From IMG/VR virus record IMGVR_UViG_3300028908_000012, positions 1 through 54,710 of that record: 54,710 nt of DNA, one strand, 5' to 3'. This DNA comes from a virus. Taxonomy: Duplodnaviria; Caudoviricetes. Below the pieces are notes generated by a model. It was given only the letters and a program-made list of their open reading frames with translations. It was not told the DNA's origin and did not search any database. This document shows positions 36,351-44,090 of the stretch, piece after piece; the first letter of the stretch is position 1; each line of letters opens with the position of its first letter. The position numbers and the translations under genes were made by a program.

Positions 36351-37092
36351 AAGTTGGGATAAAAATTATTATTTGCAGTACGATAAGCATATAAATTTCA
36401 GGCATGTAAATACAGCGGAAAGTTTAAATTACCTAATAAAATATTTTAATAGAACATGGATACCGATAGACAACTTCATAGAGGTTACAGAGAATATAAC
36501 CTCTAAAAACTCTTTCTATGCTGCAAAATGTATATATCCGTTTTGGGAAGGCACTATTGTAAAAAATCTTGGCGTTATCGGAACTGATACCGATATGATG
36601 AATGTTAATAAGGATTTATTAGTCTTTATTTGGGAACGGAAAATCTTTGTTAAAACCTCTTTAGAACAATATGTTTTCTTGTGGGAGAGTTTATCAGAGT
36701 TATATCCCGATCTAATATCTACTTCATTACCATCAGCGGCTTTATCTGCTTTAACAGGTATGACAAGGGCAGCATGTTATCAGTTCATAACCGTCTCTCT
36801 TTGGAGTGCAATAGAGCGGAGTTTTACACGCTTAGAACCTACAAAGGGGCAGGAGGTGTTTTTCGCTCTAGCTCCTGTTGTGCCTTTGGTTATATTAGAT
36901 TTAGTAGCTCAAAAAGACCCCTCTAAGGCTAAAAAGCTCATGTCATACCCTCATTTTAGGGCATTGGTAGATATTGGGTACGGGTGGCTTATGGGGGAGA
37001 GGTGGAAGGAACATAAGGTACTTAGAGAAGATAGTGAGATTATATATAATCTTGTGGACTTCAAAAAAGAAATTAGCAAATTCAAGATTTGA
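36343..37092 (+). CDS. Hypothetical protein co-transcribed with primase
   Basis: SD GGAGG; overlaps the primase stop. Confidence 0.7.
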   Translation: MYRSWDKNYYLQYDKHINFRHVNTAESLNYLIKYFNRTWIPIDNFIEVTENITSKNSFYAAKCIYPFWEGTIVKNLGVIGTDTDMMNVNKDLLVFIWERKIFVKTSLEQYVFLWESLSELYPDLISTSLPSAALSALTGMTRAACYQFITVSLWSAIERSFTRLEPTKGQEVFFALAPVVPLVILDLVAQKDPSKAKKLMSYPHFRALVDIGYGWLMGERWKEHKVLREDSEIIYNLVDFKKEISKFKI

Positions 37093-37109
37093 CATCCTGA
37101 ATTTGCTAA
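37063..37109 (-). terminator. Intrinsic terminator of the early operon (possibly bidirectional)
   Basis: 16-bp stem 37073-37088/37094-37109 (G-U on minus) followed by UUUCUUUUUU on minus. Confidence 0.75.
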
Positions 37110-37112
37110 CTA

Positions 37113-37325
37113 CTACAAATTTTCGGGCTTATTTTTCTTAAGCAACTCTTTTAATTCCGGTATCGGATCGTAGGGGTTTTTAACATAACCCAAATGGACG
37201 CAATCGCCTGTATTAGGGATAAACAAAAATGTTTCTCCTGTTTGCAAATGTGATCCATAAGGTTTTCTTTTGTATGTATAATGATGGTAATCCGATTTAA
37301 TTTCTAATGATTTTCTTTCTACCAT
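37113..37325 (-). CDS. Early hypothetical protein
   Basis: SD GAGGAG, coupled. Confidence 0.65.
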   Translation of the reverse strand: MVERKSLEIKSDYHHYTYKRKPYGSHLQTGETFLFIPNTGDCVHLGYVKNPYDPIPELKELLKKNKPENL

Positions 37326-37933
37326 TGTTCTATCTCCTCTTTTCCTTTTTGGATATTTTCTTGTAATTTGGTTAAAAAGAGGTTATATATCTCCTCTTTA
37401 CATTCCCTCTTTCTTATGTATATTCTCTTATATTCACTATCTAATTGATATACCGCCTTATATCGTTTCGTCATAAAATCCGCTTCAAGATCGAAAACTT
37501 CTTGCATCTCCTTTGTATCCGGCAATAAATAGGTGATAAGTTGCTCTATTGGGATTATTTCAAGGGCTGATCCTGTAAATATCTGGCTTATTTCCCTATA
37601 TTTTTCTATCTTAATCAAAGCGGTTAATAGTACTTTTTCAATATAACTAATTATATCTTTTGATATATTTATATTGCCGGTTTTATGTACTATAAATAAA
37701 CTGCTATCCCTGTAAACCATAAGACGATAATCGTTTAATATAGGGCTTTTTAAGAGGGTGTTAATCATCTCTTTTCTACATTTAACGGTATATTGTTTTT
37801 CTTTTTCTGTATCCTCTCCCCCTATTGCGATTAAGGGGGCTATATCAAAATGGTAAGCCTCTATATATCGGCGGTTAAGCTGCATCCCTCCGTTTTTGCT
37901 GTATATAAACGATTTTTTTAACATGTCATTCAT
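37319..37933 (-). CDS. Early hypothetical protein, distant paralogue of 41007-41612
   Basis: Y.lM....LF.V.K..L.KIEK..LLP pattern shared. Confidence 0.7.
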   Translation of the reverse strand: MNDMLKKSFIYSKNGGMQLNRRYIEAYHFDIAPLIAIGGEDTEKEKQYTVKCRKEMINTLLKSPILNDYRLMVYRDSSLFIVHKTGNINISKDIISYIEKVLLTALIKIEKYREISQIFTGSALEIIPIEQLITYLLPDTKEMQEVFDLEADFMTKRYKAVYQLDSEYKRIYIRKRECKEEIYNLFLTKLQENIQKGKEEIEQW

Positions 37934-37937
37934 TGTT

Positions 37938-38261
37938 CTATCTCCTTTCTTTGTTTGTTGGTTTTAACCAATAGATAAAAATTCCTGTTATATATAACAC
38001 CGTTAATCCGATTGCTATCGCCGGATTATTGTATTTATAAGTAAAAACTACACTACTAATCATAATAAAGGCTATAATAGCCATTATTACAGTAGCTATT
38101 GCACCTAATATAAGCGTAATAGCACCTTCAATAAAATCTTCAATAGTAGGTATATTAACAGGCGTAATTATAAAGTATTTTACGCCTTGATATATACCTG
38201 TAAACAGCACTAACCATAAAAGTAAGGCTAAAATATAGTAGAATATTGTAAATATTACCAT
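37938..38261 (-). CDS. Early integral membrane protein (3 TM)
   Basis: Three hydrophobic segments; SD AAGGAGG. Confidence 0.7.
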   Translation of the reverse strand: MVIFTIFYYILALLLWLVLFTGIYQGVKYFIITPVNIPTIEDFIEGAITLILGAIATVIMAIIAFIMISSVVFTYKYNNPAIAIGLTVLYITGIFIYWLKPTNKERR

Positions 38262-38273
38262 TACTTTACCTCC

Positions 38274-38501
38274 TTATATGAATGGTATTTGATTGCCGTT
38301 TATAGGCGGTTTCGGTCTGTTATAGTATCTGTCTTTTCTTTCCTCTTTTTCGGGTGTGGTGTCTCTTATAGTATCTCTTACAGTATCCCATATTATTAAT
38401 AGGATACTGATAATAAGCGCAATAAACGCTGCTATAAGTAGAAGATGCCAAAAGGTTATAATAAACCATATTAGCACCGCTAATAATAATAAATCCTCCA
38501 T
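38274..38501 (-). CDS. Early small membrane protein
   Basis: ~38-aa hydrophobic N-terminus with charged tail. Confidence 0.65.
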   Translation of the reverse strand: MEDLLLLAVLIWFIITFWHLLLIAAFIALIISILLIIWDTVRDTIRDTTPEKEERKDRYYNRPKPPINGNQIPFI

Positions 38502-38502
38502 T

Positions 38503-39414
38503 TTATTTCTCCTCCAAATATTCTCTAAAAAGTCTTACTTTCATATTACCGTTATTTGTTAAAAACTGTTGCCATGCCTTATTTTTAGGACTCCATCGAA
38601 ACCCAAATTTTTTTAACTCCTGAATTATAGCTCTATCAGGTTTTTCATCAAAAAATATTTGATAGCGGCTTACCTCGTAATTGGTTATTATTCTACCGCC
38701 TTTTATGTTTATTACCTCGTTTTCTTTGTTTTTATGCTCTTCAAGTCTCTTTATTTTAGCTTCTAAAGTTTTAATTCTATTTAGAATATTAGCGGTATCA
38801 GCTTTATAACCATAATCCAATCTAAATTTAAAGTCTTCAAGTTGATCAGCGTCAACCGCTAAAGACTTAATAATTTCCTCCATTTGTTCTTTTGTGTTTT
38901 TTCGTAAAAGCTTATTAAACTCCTTATTAGCCGCCTGTTTCTTCTTTAAGGTGTCTAGTCTAGCTCTCATGTCGTCGGTGGTTTCAACTTTTTTAAGTGC
39001 TTTTTTAATATAAGCTACCATTTTTTCGATGTACTCCTCTTGAAGGTCGGCCGCTCTTCTCTCTCTATCATTTGCGGCTTGATGTCTTTTGGTGTTGAAA
39101 TTCCCACCGCCTACAACCATTACACTAAAACAGTTACTCAAAGCTCTTAAGCGGTCTTGATTTCGAGAAACATAACCGCTGTAAAACTTATCAAATAATT
39201 TGATAAACTCTTCTTTATTGTCCTCTCTTACATCTTTAACTAGGGTATTAAAAGCATTTAAAACAGAATACTTAAAACTAGCATGTTCATTCTTATATCT
39301 TTCCTCTGGAGTCATAGATATATTGTAGTAAGCTTTTGTTATAACCTCTTTTGATAACTCTTTATTTAGAGTTTCTTCAATCCTGTTCTCTATTTCTTCT
39401 TTATATTTGTTCAT
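38503..39414 (-). CDS. Early protein, DUF3560-related/polyvalent-protein-associated type
   Basis: SVMVVGGGNF and RYQIFFDEKPD..LKKFGFRWSPKNKAWQ motifs recalled from leading-region proteins of phages and plasmids. Confidence 0.6.
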   Translation of the reverse strand: MNKYKEEIENRIEETLNKELSKEVITKAYYNISMTPEERYKNEHASFKYSVLNAFNTLVKDVREDNKEEFIKLFDKFYSGYVSRNQDRLRALSNCFSVMVVGGGNFNTKRHQAANDRERRAADLQEEYIEKMVAYIKKALKKVETTDDMRARLDTLKKKQAANKEFNKLLRKNTKEQMEEIIKSLAVDADQLEDFKFRLDYGYKADTANILNRIKTLEAKIKRLEEHKNKENEVINIKGGRIITNYEVSRYQIFFDEKPDRAIIQELKKFGFRWSPKNKAWQQFLTNNGNMKVRLFREYLEEK

Positions 39415-39420
39415 GTTCAA

Positions 39421-39489
39421 TCCTTTTATTGTGTTTTAGGTCATAAGACCTTTACAGGATGCTACGGATAGCACCCTAAAAAGCCTTAC
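39421..39489 (-). repeat. Early intergenic hairpin+SD repeat, copy 1
   Basis: Core 39444-39488; 20-bp stem, loop UCCG. Confidence 0.9.
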
Positions 39490-39492
39490 TTA

Positions 39493-40404
39493 TTAGTCTT
39501 CAAAGGCGGATAAGATCGTAAAATTTTGATCTTTTAGCATTAAAACATATTCGGTTTTCTTAATATCGAAATTACCTTTTAACCGTTTGATGTGTTTTGG
39601 TAGTAGGTATATATTACCTTTTAATGTGCCGTCTAACGGTGTTATAGGTGTTATGTTAAAACTCTCGTATTTATCGGTTATTGTTATATCTTTTGATCCC
39701 GATGCACTAAATCTTAATATATTACTTCCATGATCTGTTTTGAGCGGAGTTGCTTTTAATGTTGCAAACCCTTTTATATCTATGGTAGTAATATGTTCTG
39801 GAGTGTGGGGAATTATTCTCTCGTAATTTGGATAACTCATGGTTATATTGGAAATATCCCATGTTATAGTATAAATATCACCGCCTTTATAGGCTTTAAC
39901 ATGGTACTTTACAGCTTTTTCATCGCTGTATATCTCTTCTATATAGCCTAATTTAGCAATAAAAAGAGGTATTAAGATTTTTGTTTTATTAACAATAGAT
40001 ACTTCATTAAATATATCGTATTTTATTAATACTCTCGTATCTGTTGCTACTACATTAGTAAATGTAGGAGTAGCATTAAGGAGTATATATCTTAACTCCT
40101 GTTTTGGTGATCGTGTATCGATAAAAGGCGTAAATAACCTTAAATCGATTGGATTTAACTTATTGCTGAATACCCTATTTCTAGGGTAAAACATTTTAAA
40201 GGGCTGATTTTGATACAAATGAGTATCCCCTTTGTCTATAAACTCCTTCAAACTACCCGCTACCGGTACTATTGAAGCGCTATTTTTTTGGATAGTTATT
40301 TTGTTATTGACGGCAAACCAATCACCGTTAATAATATTAAACATAATCTCTTTATGCTCTTTAACTGGAAACAATTTTTTAATTTCTCTAGCCGCTTTTA
40401 GCAT
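39493..40404 (-). CDS. Divergent, truncated beta sliding clamp (DnaN) homologue
   Basis: PFIDTRSPKQEL..VVATDTRVL..ILIP..YPNYERIIP match clamp domain II-III signatures. Confidence 0.75.
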   Translation of the reverse strand: MLKAAREIKKLFPVKEHKEIMFNIINGDWFAVNNKITIQKNSASIVPVAGSLKEFIDKGDTHLYQNQPFKMFYPRNRVFSNKLNPIDLRLFTPFIDTRSPKQELRYILLNATPTFTNVVATDTRVLIKYDIFNEVSIVNKTKILIPLFIAKLGYIEEIYSDEKAVKYHVKAYKGGDIYTITWDISNITMSYPNYERIIPHTPEHITTIDIKGFATLKATPLKTDHGSNILRFSASGSKDITITDKYESFNITPITPLDGTLKGNIYLLPKHIKRLKGNFDIKKTEYVLMLKDQNFTILSAFED

Positions 40405-40410
40405 ATTTAA

Positions 40411-40491
40411 TCCTTTATTGTATTTATTTAAGTCATAAGACCTTTACAGGATGCTATAAATAGCACCCTAAAAAGCCTTACAGGCTGTTAA
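40411..40491 (-). repeat. Early intergenic hairpin+SD repeat, copy 2
   Basis: Core 40436-40480; loop UUUA. Confidence 0.9.
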
Positions 40492-40934
40492 TCCTCCATT
40501 ACAGGAAGATATATAGTTCTGTCATATAACTTTTTTATTTTCTTTACTGCTTTTATCTGTTTGTTTAACATACTCTTCCAACTCTCGGCTTCATACTGAT
40601 TGGGATAATATAAGTCGATTTCTTTTTGTAAATCTACTTTTCTATCGTATGTTCCTATCCCTGCTATATAATTATCGTCCTTGAATGGAAATAGATTTAT
40701 TTTTATAGCCTTTTGCTTCTCCAAAACCTTTAAAACCCTCTTTAAATGTTTTAGATGTTTATAGGCCTCCTCTAAAACCGATTGACTATCATCTTTTTTA
40801 TAAGCGATAAGCTCATAAGCCCAATCCGCCGCCTTTATCTGGTTTTGATGCCATGTTAACCCCATTATCTCACGGGCTGTCATGGTTAACAATGTACCTA
40901 CTGTAAGTTCCTTCATGTTGTTTGTGTCCTTCAT
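40488..40934 (-). CDS. Early hypothetical protein
   Basis: Single gene between repeat copies 2 and 3. Confidence 0.75.
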   Translation of the reverse strand: MKDTNNMKELTVGTLLTMTAREIMGLTWHQNQIKAADWAYELIAYKKDDSQSVLEEAYKHLKHLKRVLKVLEKQKAIKINLFPFKDDNYIAGIGTYDRKVDLQKEIDLYYPNQYEAESWKSMLNKQIKAVKKIKKLYDRTIYLPVMED

Positions 40935-40940
40935 TGTGTA

Positions 40941-41020
40941 TCCTTTTATTGTGTTTTAGGTCATAAGACCTTTACAGGATGCTATAAAATAGCACCCTAA
41001 AAAGCCTTACAAGCTGTTAA
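40941..41020 (-). repeat. Early intergenic hairpin+SD repeat, copy 3
   Basis: Core 40964-41009; loop UUUUA; begins at the upstream gene's TAA. Confidence 0.9.
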
Positions 41021-41612
41021 CATAATCATTTATTCTAATTATGTCATCATTAAATTTTTTAGATAAAACAATTATAGTTTTGTCTTGAAGCTCCTTTTTG
41101 TGTTGTCTTAGTCTTCTGTCTATCTCTTCATACTCCTTTTTGAGGTGGGCTATAACCTCGTTTCGATCGCCTCTTTCCACGAATAAATTTTCGGGAAATG
41201 TTACAGGTAAAAGCGTATTTACAAGATACGCCGATTTCTTCGCTAAAAGAGGTTTTAGCGGCGTGTTTGAAATCACCTCTTTTACTTTGAGGCGCTTTTC
41301 TATCTTCACCAAATAGTACAAAATCCGGCTGTTAAGCCATTTTAGTACTTTTGGGTCAAGCGGTTCACTATTAACCTCATTTTTAGGTACTAAAAACAAC
41401 TTTTTATGACTGTTTGTCATGATATGATACTGTTCTGGTAGCTTAGAACAGTAAAATATATCCTCCAAAAAGGAGGTAAAAACCTCTTTTATATAGGCCT
41501 CGTCATCGTTTTTATCAAATAGTTCTATACTGACCTCGATTTGAGACGCTTCGAGTTGTTGCCATTCGCTTTTGCGTGGATTAATCCACTTTCTTAATTT
41601 ACCTATTATCAT
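41007..41612 (-). CDS. Early hypothetical protein, distant paralogue of 37319-37933
   Basis: Shared motifs; ATGA-coupled. Confidence 0.7.
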   Translation of the reverse strand: MIIGKLRKWINPRKSEWQQLEASQIEVSIELFDKNDDEAYIKEVFTSFLEDIFYCSKLPEQYHIMTNSHKKLFLVPKNEVNSEPLDPKVLKWLNSRILYYLVKIEKRLKVKEVISNTPLKPLLAKKSAYLVNTLLPVTFPENLFVERGDRNEVIAHLKKEYEEIDRRLRQHKKELQDKTIIVLSKKFNDDIIRINDYVNSL

Positions 41613-42175
41613 TTTAAGTCTCCGTTTATCTCTTGTGTCTCCTCTTTTACCTCCGCTTCCGGAAGGTTGAGCGCTGCATATTTCTTGCAGTACTCATAAT
41701 TCCTTGTGTTTTCGAGGTTATCGATGATTAGAGTATGGAGATATGGCCTCATGCTATTGAAGCATAGCCAAATAGCGTTTATGATCTCGTCCCATCTATC
41801 ACCCACATAATCAGGGTCTTGACTATGCACCCCTCCTTTGCTCCAATGAGCGGCGATTATGTTCTCTGTTGCATCCCACTCTATCACATCGTATTCAAGG
41901 GTTTTATCGTCTCCATCGGGTAAAGTGAATGATAGAGTACCTGACTCTAATATATCAGGGTCTGTTATCTCTTTACTTGGTTTTATCGTCCATTTGATAT
42001 TATAATGGCTTTTTAGTCTCTCTATCAAAATCGCTATAAAGCAATTTTGCACATCGATTATCCCTTCACATGCTACATTGTCGATCATAAGACCGTAAAA
42101 TGTAGCCTTTCTAACTCTAGGCAATTCGATGCCAACTTTTTTAGCGGCTCTTACAAGTTCTCGTAACTCTCTCAT
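41609..42175 (-). CDS. First early gene, hypothetical
   Basis: SD AAGGA before ATG 42175; promoter directly upstream. Confidence 0.7.
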   Translation of the reverse strand: MRELRELVRAAKKVGIELPRVRKATFYGLMIDNVACEGIIDVQNCFIAILIERLKSHYNIKWTIKPSKEITDPDILESGTLSFTLPDGDDKTLEYDVIEWDATENIIAAHWSKGGVHSQDPDYVGDRWDEIINAIWLCFNSMRPYLHTLIIDNLENTRNYEYCKKYAALNLPEAEVKEETQEINGDLK

Positions 42176-42222
42176 TTTCAATCCTTTTTGTTTGATTTGG
42201 TTATTTGCTTAACCGTGAAAGT

Positions 42223-42263
42223 ATTATCACATAAGTAATATTAATCTACGCTTAAATATAGTA
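42223..42263 (-). promoter_or_regulatory. Early promoter, TTAAG-periodic class
   Basis: Minus strand TTTAAGcgtagATTAATattacttatgtGATAAT. Confidence 0.6.
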
Positions 42264-42414
42264 ATGATTTGATAAAAATTTATAAAAATAATCGTTTTTT
42301 TCTTTAATTACCTCTCGTTTAAGTTGATTTATGTATAAACATATATGTAATATAGCGTATTTTCATAAGCATAGTTAATTTAACACATAGTTAAGCAAAT
42401 TTTAGAGGATTTAA

Positions 42415-42482
42415 TTTTAATCCGTGCTTAGTGTATTTTAATCCGTGCTTAGTGTATTTTAATCCGTGCTTAGGTGTATTTT
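42415..42482 (+). repeat. 21-bp tandem repeat x3 (iteron-like)
   Basis: TTTTAATCCGTGCTTAGTGTA; third copy has one extra G. Confidence 0.9.
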
Positions 42483-42676
42483 AGCGTGTGTCGGTGTCGG
42501 TGCATTTCTGTTTAATATTACCTTTTATTACAGGTTAATTTGTTTTGGAAGCTTAAACGGGGTAATATTAAATTGACAAAGTGGCTAAATGTCAGCTTTA
42601 TTTGCCTTTTTGGTAAGAAGGTAATGTTTTATTTACTTTAAGTTTAGGTGCGTTTTTGGTGAAATGTTCAGTTTTC

Positions 42677-43880
42677 GGGACTAAATTTCCTTACTTTACA
42701 TGTATAAACAAAAAAAGTTGAGACCCCCGGTAAGCCTCACGCCCTCAGCCGTGAAGGAAGGAAAATTTAGGTTCTTTAGTCCCAAAACAATTTTAAAAGT
42801 AGGTCATAAGCCCCAAATTTAGGCAATTAGCCACCGGGACTAAATCCGGGACTAAAACAGACCCCCCCATACCAAACCCCTTAATTTAGGTATTTACCCC
42901 CGATTTTGGGTATAGCACAAGCCAAAATCAATTTTAAGAGGTTTTATGTCATACCCTATATCAAGATATTAATTTTCTCATTTCGTTTAAATGCGTTCAA
43001 GCTAGGTACATTAAACGGCGTAAAAATAAGGCTTAAATTATGCCCTCATTTGAACCCCTAAATTTAGGTACTTAACTATACTTGATTTGGACTTAAGCAA
43101 AAAACCTCACTATCAAAGCCCTATATATGTATATACAAAACAGCGCAAAAATGACGGCGGGTAGGGGAGTGGCAAGGGAAAATATAGAGGGAGGCGCTAA
43201 CCCAACCACATACAAACGCCTAAATTTGGGGATTTAAGCTTAAATTAAAGCCAAAATACACGCTTGGGACTAAATCGGTGCTTAAGAAAATTTTAGTCCC
43301 AAAACAGATTTTTTAAGGTAGTTATAAGTGTACTAAGCTAACTTTAAGTGTACCAAAGCTAACTTTAAGTGTAGCAAAGGTAACTTTAAGTGTACTAAGG
43401 AGATTTTAAGAATACACCAAAGAGCTAAAAATTCACTTAATAATACCTTAGTAGTAATTTTGTTACTATTTTTCAGGTAATTAAGTACAAATTAAGGTAC
43501 TAAGGTTATTTTAAAGTTATAAACTTAAATGGTGCTTGTTTAAGGTGCAAAATCCGGGACTAAATTAAATCCCTAAAAATAGGGATGTCATTTTTCGCAA
43601 AATCAACCTTAAAGTGTCAGAAGTTAATTATACTTTACTTTTAGTAGATGCGAAAGTAAAATATAATTAACCTCTACGAAACGGTGTATTTTTAAGGTGA
43701 AAATTTAGTCCCAAAAACACGAATTAGCGGGGAAGGTTATATCTTTAATATTTAAAATTTAAGCTTTGAGTATAACTATATTTAAATATACATTAAATGT
43801 GAACTTTAAGAAATCGTTTTGGGACTAAAAAATCCAAGCACAAGCAAAATTTTAGGTACTTTAGTCCCGGATTTAGTCCC
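42677..43880. repeat. Dispersed GGGACTAAA (6 forward) / TTTAGTCCC (5 reverse) repeats
   Basis: Forward 42677, 42836, 42848, 43266, 43556, 43821; reverse 42775, 43292, 43704, 43860, 43872. Confidence 0.9.
43325..43400 (+). repeat. 20-21-bp imperfect tandem repeat x4
   Basis: TAAGTGTAC(T/C)A(A)AGCTAACTT-like units. Confidence 0.85.
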
Positions 43881-43991
43881 TTAAGTGCATTTTTTAGCAC
43901 CGATTAAAATATAGGGGTGCGACCACTCCAACCTTAAACGGTAACAGAGAATTTTTATTATTTACAGAATTACGAAGAGAAAGAAAGGCGA

Positions 43992-44068
43992 TAAAAAGAG
44001 TCCTAATTTAAGTACGGATTAATTAATGCAGAAACACTGCAATCTTAGTCCGTACTTAGGAATTTTTG
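43992..44068. terminator. Long hairpin, probable bidirectional terminator downstream of terL
   Basis: 44009-44022 pairs with 44045-44058; inner TGCAG/CTGCA; T-tracts follow on both strands. Confidence 0.65.
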
Positions 44069-44090
44069 TGGTTAATTTATTTGTTTAAGA

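Larger units (their letters stand above)
42300..44070. other. ORF-free, repeat- and hairpin-dense region (large ncRNA, genome terminus/pac region and/or origin)
   Basis: No ORF of 60 aa or more in any frame; 11 GGGACTAAA copies in both orientations; two tandem arrays; more than 10 hairpins. Confidence 0.75.

Noticed and set aside
39421-41020. Integron attC sites
   Set aside because: No RYYYAAC/GTTRRRY core pair and no tyrosine recombinase in the genome
42836-43880. IS/MITE or invertible segment bounded by the 21-bp inverted repeat
   Set aside because: No transposase or invertase, no target-site duplication, and the same 9-mer occurs outside the pair
42400-43900. CRISPR array or mini-array
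   Set aside because: Repeats are 9-21 bp, either tandem without spacers or irregularly spaced in both orientations; no cas operon
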